Assembly: GCA_963665665.1 (NCBI GenBank)
Contig: OY762428.1
Location: 3,008,001-3,072,000, forward strand
Direction: 5' to 3'
Length of the DNA: 64,000 nucleotides
DNA from: Candidatus Kapaibacterium sp.
GTDB taxonomy: Bacteria > Bacteroidota > Ignavibacteria > Kapaibacteriales > UBA2268
In this document: piece by piece, positions 42,191 to 51,472 of the stretch
Numbering within the stretch: position 1 is the first letter of the stretch
Layout of the letters: each line of letters opens with the position of its first letter
Notes under the pieces: generated by a model
What the model saw: only the letters and a program-made list of their open reading frames with translations
What the model was told of the DNA's origin: nothing
Database searches by the model: none
Translations under genes and position numbers: made by a program

Positions 42191-42739
42191 CTATACTATC
42201 TGAATTTTATCCGAAAAAGGAAAATAATCGGAGACGGGCGGAGTGAAAGCATATAAACTCAGGCTGGTTATATCGAAATTCTGTGTTATAAAATCCAATA
42301 TGAAGTCTACTGTTTTATCCGGAGAAAATGAAGTGAAAATTTCTGAAACCTGTATAAGTATACAATTGTTTTTTTGGATAACTTCAAGTTTAGCGCCAAT
42401 CCTTTGAATCATATCAATTACATCTGCCGGACACAATGATGCACATAATCCGCAGCCTTCGCATGAGTATTCATCAACACAATAGCATAGGCCACGATTG
42501 TCGATTGCTGAATAATGACATTTTTCATAACATATATTGCAATGAAGGCATTCATCTCCGTTGATCATGGCAATTTCTTTACCCGGAATTTCATTGCTGC
42601 ATTTTTTACCTGAAAATTGGACGGGATTATAAAAATCCAGGTTGACAATTATACCCCCACCTGATAAACATTCGGCTTTTATGAAATTATCGACATTTTC
42701 AGATGCGATATGTTGGAATCTCATCATTGACTTATGCAT
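42191..42739 (-). CDS. 4Fe-4S dicluster domain protein
   Basis: CLHCNICYEKC and CEGCGLCASLCP ferredoxin motifs. Confidence 0.75.
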   Translation of the reverse strand: MHKSMMRFQHIASENVDNFIKAECLSGGGIIVNLDFYNPVQFSGKKCSNEIPGKEIAMINGDECLHCNICYEKCHYSAIDNRGLCYCVDEYSCEGCGLCASLCPADVIDMIQRIGAKLEVIQKNNCILIQVSEIFTSFSPDKTVDFILDFITQNFDITSLSLYAFTPPVSDYFPFSDKIQIV

Positions 42740-43509
42740 CCCGGGCCGGTAAAAATTTCAAAAATATTTTTTGCCAAAGTATCGGAAGGTTCATTTGCAC
42801 TTAGTAATTTTGAAAACGAATCGATATTGATGTCCCGGCTGTGTTCATTCGTGGAAGATATCAATATCGATAATTTCTCGAAGCTTCTGTTAATCCTGTT
42901 CAACTCTTTAAGTATTGGTGGTATAAGCTTGTTAATCAGAAAAATACTGCCAATTGTTTTTGATGAAAGAAGAGCATATAATTCAGGGTGGTAATTAAAA
43001 ACTATTATTGCATTTCCTTCAATGTTGTTTAAAATATTCCGGAGTTTATCTGACAATATTTTATAATTACTAATATTCTCGATTGTTTCGAATTCAAATA
43101 CATTCAATTTATTTGTATTACAATATTTCTTTATTATTGCTTTTTTTCTGAAATCAGAATGTAGTGCTCCTTCAGGACATTTCTCGATGCACAATCCACA
43201 TGATGTACATTTGTTGTAATCAATTGAATGAATGTTTTTATCTTTATCTGTCTTAATGGCTCCATATATGCAATCCTGCGAGCAGTTCCCGCACATAATA
43301 CAAAGGTCGTGGTACAATTCAGGAGTGGGATATCGAATTGGGATAAGCTCATCGTCAAATAAAACATCTTTGTCCGGATAAATTATATCCGTACCAATAT
43401 AAATAATTGAGGAAATATCAGCTATACCATGCAGGGATTTAATCAATTCTCTTGCAGGCCTGACGGCATCTCTGGTATAGTTCAACGAAAAAATCATATT
43501 ATGTAGCAA
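42724..43509 (-). CDS. 4Fe-4S dicluster domain protein
   Basis: CIMCGNCSQDC and CTSCGLCIEKCP motifs; start codon uncertain. Confidence 0.75.
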   Translation of the reverse strand: MLHNMIFSLNYTRDAVRPARELIKSLHGIADISSIIYIGTDIIYPDKDVLFDDELIPIRYPTPELYHDLCIMCGNCSQDCIYGAIKTDKDKNIHSIDYNKCTSCGLCIEKCPEGALHSDFRKKAIIKKYCNTNKLNVFEFETIENISNYKILSDKLRNILNNIEGNAIIVFNYHPELYALLSSKTIGSIFLINKLIPPILKELNRINRSFEKLSILISSTNEHSRDINIDSFSKLLSANEPSDTLAKNIFEIFTGPGCISQ

Positions 43510-43529
43510 CTATTTAATAAAATATAGGA

Positions 43530-43742
43530 TTATTGATACTTTAAAGAAGTATTATGAAGGTCAATATCCATTACTGATTTTTTAAGTATTGTGCAAATAT
43601 ACTTGCAATCACAATCTTTTGCCCGGTTATCCCGGCAAACACTTACTAAGGCATTCAGCACTTCCAATATTTTATCTTCAGTGATACCATCAAGCATCCT
43701 TTCGATATCAGAAAATTCCATTTCATTAATATTTGCTTTCAT
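43530..43742 (-). CDS. Small hypothetical protein with 4 Cys
   Basis: GAGGTG RBS upstream; C-x7-C-x-C-x3-C; co-directional with the ferredoxin pair. Confidence 0.55.
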   Translation of the reverse strand: MKANINEMEFSDIERMLDGITEDKILEVLNALVSVCRDNRAKDCDCKYICTILKKSVMDIDLHNTSLKYQ

Positions 43743-43848
43743 CGGACACCTCGAATATAGATTATAAAATCATCAATATATTGCAAAAGCAATGGTATTA
43801 ATATATAATAAAAAAAATGAAAATTATTACAAATTCTATTGCACTTTT

Positions 43849-43879
43849 AAAAAAAGCCTCCTTGTAACCGGAGGCTTTT
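43849..43879 (-). terminator. Terminator downstream of the LRR gene
   Basis: aaaaaaagcctcc...ggaggctttt. Confidence 0.8.
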
Positions 43880-43898
43880 AAAAATAATATGTTTAAGA

Positions 43899-45335
43899 TC
43901 AAAATGACAATTTAATGTTTGGCATTTTCTTGTGCAGCTTTTCCTTTTCTTCATCTGAAAAATCATTTTTCCTGAGTTTAAGAACTTTCAGTTGCGGCAA
44001 TGAAGTAATACCATCCGGAATTGTTTTCAACCTGTTGTTATCAAGATAAATAACAGATAAATTAGGAAGTTTACTTATTTCAGGGGCAACAGTTTCAATA
44101 ATATTTTGAGTCATTTTTAATGTTTTCAAATTTGGAAGGGTAGAAATAGCTGATGGCAGTTCTTTCAACTTGTTACCCGAAAGGTCCAGCATTTCCAAAT
44201 TTTTCAGGGAGGAAATTTTTGGGTTTATCTGTGAAATTTCATTAGTCCTGGCATTAAGCATATTAAGATTTTTTAGCAGAAATATTTCATCCGGGAGATT
44301 ACTTAAATTATTTTTTGATATGTTTATTCGTATCAGCGAACTTATTTTGGAAATTCCCTTTGGTATAATGCCGTCTTTCATATCAGCTACATCCATGTCT
44401 CTTAATGATTTGAGATTTCCAATGTTTTCAGGCAGGGTTTTAATCGATGTCTGGGAAATATTCAAGTTTTTCAGAGTTGAAATATTTCCGAATTCTTTCG
44501 GAAGTGTTTCAATAGGGTTCGAACTGATATCTATAATAGAAAGATTCTTGCATTTGGCAATATTACCGGAAATACTTTCGATTTCATTTTTGCTCAGATT
44601 CAGGTTTGCCAATCCCTGAATATCAGATATTTGATCAGGAACTTCATGGACATTATTTTTTTCCATGTCGAGTGTTCGCAGGCTGCTCATCTTGTAGCAT
44701 GCACCGGGAATACTGTCGAAATTGTTATTTTCAATTTTCAATGATGACAGATTCTGTAAAGATGCCATAGATTGGGGGATATCCGACAATTCATTTTTTG
44801 CAAGTTTAAGCTCTTTCAATGCAGTGATTTTTGAAATATCGGGATTAATATCTTTAATCGCATTTTTTTCAAAATCAATTTTTTCAAGCCACGGCATTTT
44901 GGTTAAAACTTCAGGAAATTCAGAAAAATTATTTGAAGAAAGATCCAATATTTTTAAATTTTTCATACTGGCAAAATTTGCAGGGATCTTTGAAATATTA
45001 TTTTTTCCAAGGTCAAGTCTTTCAAGCTTAACAAATTTATCAATGAAATCAGGTATAGCTTCAATTTTTTTTCCTTTTAATTTAAGCCTTGTCAGGGTGG
45101 CTGCATCCTTAAGAGCATCTTCAAAACTATTATAATTTTTGCGAGCCATAGGGCCGTCTTTGCGCTTACTCCTGATAAGCTTACGTTGTTTTTTTCTTTC
45201 TTCCCTGTTTTGTTTTACTTTTTCTTTATAGTTTTTCAAAGAAGTAGCTTTTTGTTCCTGTCCGGCAAAAACATTATTAGTAAAAGTTCCTGCAAGAAGG
45301 GATAAAGCTGTCAACAATAATATAAGGGATTTCAT
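43899..45335 (-). CDS. Secreted leucine-rich repeat protein
   Basis: About 16-17 23-residue LxxLxLxxNxLxxLP repeats; signal peptide from the ATG at 45335 (MKSLILLL...VFA). Confidence 0.9.
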   Translation of the reverse strand: MKSLILLLTALSLLAGTFTNNVFAGQEQKATSLKNYKEKVKQNREERKKQRKLIRSKRKDGPMARKNYNSFEDALKDAATLTRLKLKGKKIEAIPDFIDKFVKLERLDLGKNNISKIPANFASMKNLKILDLSSNNFSEFPEVLTKMPWLEKIDFEKNAIKDINPDISKITALKELKLAKNELSDIPQSMASLQNLSSLKIENNNFDSIPGACYKMSSLRTLDMEKNNVHEVPDQISDIQGLANLNLSKNEIESISGNIAKCKNLSIIDISSNPIETLPKEFGNISTLKNLNISQTSIKTLPENIGNLKSLRDMDVADMKDGIIPKGISKISSLIRINISKNNLSNLPDEIFLLKNLNMLNARTNEISQINPKISSLKNLEMLDLSGNKLKELPSAISTLPNLKTLKMTQNIIETVAPEISKLPNLSVIYLDNNRLKTIPDGITSLPQLKVLKLRKNDFSDEEKEKLHKKMPNIKLSF

Positions 45336-45396
45336 TTTAGTCCTCATCAAAATTAAAAGTAAGTTAAATAGATAACACATATTATACAATAATAAT

Positions 45397-46896
45397 TTAA
45401 TTTTTTCTTTTATCAATGGCAAAAACTTTTTCCGTAATTCTTGATAATCTTACGAAAGGCAGGCCAATTAATAAATACACCGCAGCTATCATTATTCCGA
45501 TACCGAAGTAATCGTAGTATGTGGCAGCAAGCCTGCTGTATAGTTTTGTCAATTCAACTAAAGTTATGACGGACACAAGGGAAGAATCTTTCAACAAAGA
45601 AATAAAATCATTTGTAATTGGTGGTATAACCAGCCTGACAGCCTGCGGAAGGATAATGTGCCTGAGGGATTGATATTTTGTCATTCCAAGGGAAATAGCC
45701 GCTTCGGTTTGCCCTCTTGGTACAGAATTCAGCCCTGCACGATAATTCTCAGCCTCGTAGGCTGCATAGTTCAGCCCAAGCCCGATAACTGCCGCCATAA
45801 ATGGAGATAATTTGATTCCTATTGTAGGGAGTGCGTAAAATATAAATATCAATTGAATCAGAAGCGGGGTTCCCCTGATAATTTCGATATAGCTAACAGC
45901 AAGCCAGGAGAAAGGAGCCGGGGCATATACACGGGTTAATGCAAGGAACAGTCCGAATAGTATAGCAAGGATCATGGCAAAAATCGAAATCCCGAGTGTC
46001 ATCAATGCAGCTTCCCCGATCAAAGGAAGAAAGCCAATGTATTGATGCAATTTTACACTGAAATTTACTTCGTTTCCCTGTGATGCAACAAACCTGTCAA
46101 ATTCTGTAGGTGAAATATCAACTTCATCATGATCGTTGAAAAATAATTTCATCTTATAATTCCACAGGTTCCATTTGCCGTAGATTTCCCTTAGCTGTCC
46201 GCTGGCTGCAAGTTCATATATGGCTTTGTTTACTTTGTTAAGTAGAACTGTGTCTTCCTTTCGAAGTGCAATCCCATATTCTACATCACCAACGGGCGGC
46301 CCTACAAGTTCAAATTCAGGATTCCAGGAGCAATAATAAAGTGCTATGGGAGCATCAACAAGAGCTATGTTTATTCTGCCGTTAATCATATCGGTGAAGG
46401 CATTCACTTCGCCTTCATAGGTAAGAACATCAATATCACCTTCATCAAGAAGTATTCTTTCGGCAAGTGAATTTTTTAGGCATCCCACGGTTTGGCCATT
46501 AAGGTCATCGAGGGAATTTATTCCCTGTGTCCCCCTGACAACAACGATTTGCTCGTATGTTTTGTAGTAGGGTATCGAAAAACTTACTACTTTTTCTCTG
46601 TCGCCCGTTATTTCCAATCCGTTCATGGCAGCATCGTAATTCCCGCTTTGCAATCCCGGAATTAGTCCGTCCCACTGATTTTGGATAAATACAGCTTTCA
46701 TACCCATTTGCGCGGCAATAGCATTAGCAATGTCAACTTCAAAACCAATATTCTTAGATAATATCGAAGGGTCCTGAAAAATATAAGGTGCGTTCCCTTC
46801 TGCGTCGGCAGCCCAGCGGAACTCAGGCAACTCTTGTGATTTTAATGAAGAAATTGCAAAAAGTGTCAGGAATAATATTTTCAGGATTGAATTCAT
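45397..46896 (-). CDS. Polar amino-acid ABC transporter, fused substrate-binding and permease protein
   Basis: SBP family 3 (GFEVDIA, WDGLIPGL, FSIPYY) fused to a HisM-type permease (RGTPLLIQL, EAA..LG, LKDSSL). Confidence 0.93.
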   Translation of the reverse strand: MNSILKILFLTLFAISSLKSQELPEFRWAADAEGNAPYIFQDPSILSKNIGFEVDIANAIAAQMGMKAVFIQNQWDGLIPGLQSGNYDAAMNGLEITGDREKVVSFSIPYYKTYEQIVVVRGTQGINSLDDLNGQTVGCLKNSLAERILLDEGDIDVLTYEGEVNAFTDMINGRINIALVDAPIALYYCSWNPEFELVGPPVGDVEYGIALRKEDTVLLNKVNKAIYELAASGQLREIYGKWNLWNYKMKLFFNDHDEVDISPTEFDRFVASQGNEVNFSVKLHQYIGFLPLIGEAALMTLGISIFAMILAILFGLFLALTRVYAPAPFSWLAVSYIEIIRGTPLLIQLIFIFYALPTIGIKLSPFMAAVIGLGLNYAAYEAENYRAGLNSVPRGQTEAAISLGMTKYQSLRHIILPQAVRLVIPPITNDFISLLKDSSLVSVITLVELTKLYSRLAATYYDYFGIGIMIAAVYLLIGLPFVRLSRITEKVFAIDKRKN

Positions 46897-46897
46897 A

Positions 46898-47755
46898 TTA
46901 AATGTCCACTCGTATGTTCAGATAATCCCTTGTTCTTTTGTCACGAGGATTCGAGAAAATGGTTTCGGCGCTTCCTGTTTCAATAATCTGTCCGCTTTCC
47001 ATATATGCTACTCTGTCCGATATGTTTTTTGCAAAATCAATAGCATGAGTTACGATCACTTGTGTCATTCCTTCTTCATGAAGGTTTTTCATTACTTCTG
47101 TAAGCTCTCCTATCAGTTCGGGGTCAAGGGCTGATGTTGGCTCATCGTAAAGCATTACCATGGGGTTCATTGCAAGTGCCCTTGCAATAGCAACTCTTTG
47201 TGCCTGTCCGCCTGATATCTCTGTGGGGTAACGGTCGGCAAAGCGTTCCATACCAACTTTTCTTAAAAGGTCGAAAGCATTATCGCTGGCATCCTTTTTA
47301 TTTTCTCCCTTCACAATAAGCGGCGCTACCCGTACATTTTCAAGAACTGACAAATGAGGAAAAAGATTTAATCCCTGGAACAGCATTCCCACCCGCGACC
47401 TAACCAAACATGCTTTCTCGTCGAGTTCAGAATGCCTTCTGCTGCTCAGCTTTTTGTCAGGAATAACATAAGCTATTTTATTCATTATTTCCCTGATCAT
47501 GTTATCCTGTTTCTTTTTTTCATCACATTTATCCCTGTCCAGTGTGATGCCGTCAATCTCTATACTTCCTTTGTCAGGTATTTCCAGGCAGTTCATGCAC
47601 CTGAGCAAAGTGGTTTTGCCGCAGCCGCTTCTTCCTATAATTGATAATAATTCGCCTTTTTTTATTTCCAGTTCAAGGCCTTTTAAAATATGATTATCAT
47701 TAAAATATTTATGAAGGCTGGTGATTTTTATTAAATTTTCTGAAATAAAAGCCAT
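46898..47755 (-). CDS. Polar amino-acid ABC transporter ATP-binding protein (GlnQ-like)
   Basis: GRSGCGKT, ISGGQAQRVAIARALAM and DEPTSALDPE motifs. Confidence 0.93.
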   Translation of the reverse strand: MAFISENLIKITSLHKYFNDNHILKGLELEIKKGELLSIIGRSGCGKTTLLRCMNCLEIPDKGSIEIDGITLDRDKCDEKKKQDNMIREIMNKIAYVIPDKKLSSRRHSELDEKACLVRSRVGMLFQGLNLFPHLSVLENVRVAPLIVKGENKKDASDNAFDLLRKVGMERFADRYPTEISGGQAQRVAIARALAMNPMVMLYDEPTSALDPELIGELTEVMKNLHEEGMTQVIVTHAIDFAKNISDRVAYMESGQIIETGSAETIFSNPRDKRTRDYLNIRVDI

Positions 47756-48037
47756 TTTTTTTACAGATTAAGATTTTATTAATATCGTATAGTTAAGTAT
47801 CAAATAATTCCCGTGATTTTTCCATACGGAATATATTAAATTTCTCCGTATAATTATAAAAAAAATATTTTGAAGTATAATTTTTGTAACAATATTGCGC
47901 AAAACAGTAGTATTCCTTTGGAAATTAAAATGGATAATACTAAATTATTTTTAGGGATAATAAGTATTTTTTGAAATATTACCAAATCTTCATATTTTTA
48001 TCAACATAATTGAATTGTTTTTCAAAAAGGGATTACA

Positions 48038-48271
48038 ATGAGTTTTAAATACAAAAAACCAGAATTGAAAGTATTAAATGATGATTCGATGTTATTTTGT
48101 AATAACGGAACATCGGCTCAAGCTGTCGGGCCGTCATATCAATGTATATCAGGAACTTCAGTCAATCCGGTACTTTGCACCGACGGTAGCACAAATGACG
48201 GGGTTTTTGTTCAGTGCGACAGCGGTGGATCTGCATTTGGTTTTGCCTGCGCAGTCGGCGGAACAGATTAA
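48038..48271 (+). CDS. Putative RiPP precursor peptide 1 (YxxP leader, 5 CxxG)
   Basis: MSFKYKKPELKVL leader; CNNG, CISG, CTDG, CDSG, CAVG; first gene of the radical SAM cluster. Confidence 0.82.
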   Translation: MSFKYKKPELKVLNDDSMLFCNNGTSAQAVGPSYQCISGTSVNPVLCTDGSTNDGVFVQCDSGGSAFGFACAVGGTD

Positions 48272-48368
48272 TCAGCTTTGATCATTGTAATAAATATTGA
48301 CCAATGTTATAAAATATTTTGTGTATAGATAATAAAACAGCGTGAAAAAAGTTTGAAATTAAGAATAA

Positions 48369-48403
48369 AGCCGTATTTGAATGTTACGGCTATTTTTTTT
48401 TTT
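48369..48403 (+). terminator. Terminator between precursor 1 and the maturase genes
   Basis: agccgta...tacggct followed by a long T-run. Confidence 0.65.
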
Positions 48404-48459
48404 ATTAAATTATATGTTTAAAAAGTAGTAATGTATTTACAACAATAAATGAGGCAGAA

Positions 48460-48744
48460 ATGGCAAACAACCCTATTGCAAACCCGATGATAGTTCACAG
48501 GGTGGAGGATGATGACTGGGCGGTTCTATTTGATCCCGACGCTAACGAAACTTACGCTCTCGATCCTGTTAGTTCTTTTGTGTGGCAATTATTGGACGGT
48601 AAGCACAGCAAGGAAGAAATTCTGGCAAAACTGGAAAAAGAATGTGAGGATGGAATTCCCGAAGAAGCTGCAACAGACCTGGATGAGTTTCTTACAGAAC
48701 TGGAAGCAAAAGCTCTTGTTGGATACGAGCAGGCAATTGGTTAA
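48460..48744 (+). CDS. scmD: PqqD-family RiPP recognition element (SynChlorMet ScmD)
   Basis: DDWAVLFDPD....YALDPVSSFVWQLLDGKHS.EEI...DLDEFL..L....L, the PqqD/RRE pattern; directly precedes a radical SAM gene. Confidence 0.88.
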   Translation: MANNPIANPMIVHRVEDDDWAVLFDPDANETYALDPVSSFVWQLLDGKHSKEEILAKLEKECEDGIPEEAATDLDEFLTELEAKALVGYEQAIG

Positions 48745-48746
48745 TT

Positions 48747-49880
48747 ATGAAAATTGAACGCACTCCTAAAAGCCTTGACCTTGAAATTACAAGCAAGTGC
48801 AACCTAAGGTGTTCTTATTGCTCTCACTTCAATAGCGAAGGTGATACCGATACCGATTTAAGCACTGATGAATGGCTGCAATTCTTCGAAGAGCTGAAAG
48901 AATGCAACGTTATGGATGTTACTCTTTCTGGTGGCGAACCATTCATGAGAAAAGATATCCGTATCCTGCTTGACGGGATAATAAAAAATAGAATGAGGTT
49001 CGGATTTCTTACGAATGGTATTCTTTTTAATGATGACCTGGCTGAATATATTAAAACAACAGGCCGATGCAACAGTATCCAGGTTTCAATCGACGGCCCC
49101 GGCCCTGAAATTCATGATGCTTCGCGTGGTAAGGGAAGCTTTGAAAAAGCAATCGCCGGGCTTAAAACGATAATGAGACACGGCCTTCCTGCCACGGTAC
49201 GTGTTACGATAAACAAGCACAACTATAAAAAACTTCCTGAAATAGCTGAAATGTTGCTTGAAGAAGTAGGGCTTCATTCATTTTCAACAAACGCAGCTTC
49301 TCATCTCGGGCTTTGCCGTACTAATAAAGACGATGTTCAGCTTGGTGTGGAAGAATATACTGAATCAATGCAGACGATATTTACACTTGTTGAAAAGTAT
49401 GGCAACAGGATAAATGCCCAGGCAGGCCCTCTTGCATCAGGCAAGCAATGGATGGAAATGGAAAAAGCCCGGCAGAATAATTTAGATAATCTTCCCGGAT
49501 GCGGATATCTTACAAGTTGTGGCGGGATTTTCGCAAAAATGGCAATTCAGGCTGACGGATCAATGGTACCGTGTTCGCAGTTGCCGCACATGAAACTTGG
49601 TAAGGTCAACGTGGACAGCCTTGCAGATGTATGGCTGAATCATCCTGAGCTTAAACGCCTGCGTGAAAGAAGAGATATTCCGCTTGGTACATTTGACTCA
49701 TGCAAGGGCTGTTCGTATATACCTTATTGCAGGGGCGGATGCCCGGCACTGGCATATACCCTGAACGGAGATGAGAATGTTCCTTCTCCGGAATCATGCT
49801 ACAGGAATTTTCTTGCTGCGGGTGGAAGATTGCCGGTTTTAGATGATAACGAGCCATTTTTTAGTCCGGGATGTTGCTGA
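48747..49880 (+). CDS. scmE: Radical SAM/SPASM peptide maturase (SynChlorMet ScmE)
   Basis: RTPKSLDLEITSKCNLRCSYCSHF (CxxxCxxC), GGEP; SPASM SCGG...VPC...CKGCSYIPYCRGGC...C. Confidence 0.88.
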   Translation: MKIERTPKSLDLEITSKCNLRCSYCSHFNSEGDTDTDLSTDEWLQFFEELKECNVMDVTLSGGEPFMRKDIRILLDGIIKNRMRFGFLTNGILFNDDLAEYIKTTGRCNSIQVSIDGPGPEIHDASRGKGSFEKAIAGLKTIMRHGLPATVRVTINKHNYKKLPEIAEMLLEEVGLHSFSTNAASHLGLCRTNKDDVQLGVEEYTESMQTIFTLVEKYGNRINAQAGPLASGKQWMEMEKARQNNLDNLPGCGYLTSCGGIFAKMAIQADGSMVPCSQLPHMKLGKVNVDSLADVWLNHPELKRLRERRDIPLGTFDSCKGCSYIPYCRGGCPALAYTLNGDENVPSPESCYRNFLAAGGRLPVLDDNEPFFSPGCC

Positions 49881-50026
49881 TGAAAATAAAATTTAGCATC
49901 ACTATCTTAAATATATACCAAACATAAAATACGTTTCCTGGATAGTTTGGTTTAACAGTGGATTAAATATAAATATTGTTTTTTGAATTTGTTCATTACA
50001 GTAAAAATTTTGAAAATTGGATTATT

Positions 50027-50302
50027 ATGAAAAAGAAATTTAGCTATACCAGACCATCGCTATCATCATTGTCAGATGAAATATCTCAATTCTGTAATGT
50101 AGGAACAGGAGCAACTTTAGCTGATACTCCTGCTATTCAGTGTACTGTTGGTGGGGATGCACAGCTGATTTGTGTTGCCGGTACCGGTTTTTCCAGTACG
50201 TATCCACATTGCGCTAATGGCCCTGCTGATTCAAAACTTGCATGTTCAACAGGATCAGGGGACACTAATCCCAGCTGTAATGTTGGCAATTCACCAGTTT
50301 AA
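50027..50302 (+). CDS. Putative RiPP precursor peptide 2 (YxxP leader, 6 CxxG)
   Basis: ATG at 50027: MKKKFSYTRPSL leader; CNVG, CTVG, CVAG, CANG, CSTG, CNVG; lies between the two radical SAM genes. Confidence 0.82.
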   Translation: MKKKFSYTRPSLSSLSDEISQFCNVGTGATLADTPAIQCTVGGDAQLICVAGTGFSSTYPHCANGPADSKLACSTGSGDTNPSCNVGNSPV

Positions 50303-50329
50303 TATATTAACAATAAATACTTAATAATT

Positions 50330-51460
50330 ATGAGCGAAGAAAAAAATACAGAATTTAAAGTACCGGAATGCGGTTATCCGCTGAGCCAGATATATTTTTA
50401 CATGACTGAAGGATGCAACCTGAAATGCCGTCACTGCTGGATAGAACCGAAATTCCAGGCTTCCGGCAATAGTAAATGGCCCTCTATTGAGTTTGACCTT
50501 TTCAAGGATATATGCTATCAGGGCAGGGAACTTGGAATGAACTCAGTTAAACTAACCGGCGGGGAGCCACTGATAAATCCTGATATTGACAAAATACTTG
50601 ATTTCATTTATGAGGAGAAGTTCAGGCTGACAATTGAAACTAACGGCATCGAACTGACACCTGAAATTTGTGAAAAGATTGCCCGGTGTGAAGGCACTTT
50701 TGTTTCAATCAGCCTTGATGGCTCAACAGCAGAAGAACACGAATGGGTTCGCGGTGTTCCGGGTTGTTTCGAAGCAGCATTGCAAGGCGCACGGAATCTT
50801 GTAGCCGTGGGAATAAGGCCGCAGTTTATAATGTCGATAATGAAAAGGAATGCACACCAGATAGAAGATATTATTGAACTTGCCCGGAAAGAAAACGCCG
50901 AGTCGGTTAAATACAACCTGGTAACACCTACTGCACGTGGGGAGCAAATGCACGAGGCTGGCGAAACTCTGTCGATTGAAGAATTGATCCGTATTGGTAA
51001 ATGGGTGGAAGATGAATTGCAGCCAAAGTACAAAGATGTCAGGCTTCACTATTCTCATCCGGTTGCTTTCAAGCCTTTTGGCAAAATGTTTGAAAGACCA
51101 TTGGGACGTTGCGGTATATTCGGTATTATCGGAGTGCTCGGAAATGGTAAATATGCTCTTTGCGGTATCGGTGAAACTGTCCCTGAACTTGTTTTCGGCG
51201 ACGCGAGAAAAGATAAACTCGCAGATGTTTGGAATAATAACCAGGTACTTAATGATATTCGTAAAGGCTTACCAAAAGATTTGAATGGTATTTGCGGGGA
51301 TTGTCTCGTTAAAAACAAATGCCTTGGTTCCTGTGTAGCCATGAATTATTATCGTCATCACGATCTGTTTGCTCCTTTCTGGTATTGCGAGGAAGCACTT
51401 AAAGCCGGACTTTTCCCCAAAACCAGGATCAAGCCGGGATCGCCATTTGAAAAGGTATAA
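50330..51460 (+). CDS. scmF: Radical SAM/SPASM peptide maturase (SynChlorMet ScmF)
   Basis: YPLSQIYFYMTEGCNLKCRHCWIEPKFQ, GGEP; SPASM CGIFG...ALCGIG...CGDC.....CLGSC...C. Confidence 0.88.
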   Translation: MSEEKNTEFKVPECGYPLSQIYFYMTEGCNLKCRHCWIEPKFQASGNSKWPSIEFDLFKDICYQGRELGMNSVKLTGGEPLINPDIDKILDFIYEEKFRLTIETNGIELTPEICEKIARCEGTFVSISLDGSTAEEHEWVRGVPGCFEAALQGARNLVAVGIRPQFIMSIMKRNAHQIEDIIELARKENAESVKYNLVTPTARGEQMHEAGETLSIEELIRIGKWVEDELQPKYKDVRLHYSHPVAFKPFGKMFERPLGRCGIFGIIGVLGNGKYALCGIGETVPELVFGDARKDKLADVWNNNQVLNDIRKGLPKDLNGICGDCLVKNKCLGSCVAMNYYRHHDLFAPFWYCEEALKAGLFPKTRIKPGSPFEKV

Positions 51461-51472
51461 AACAAATACTAA

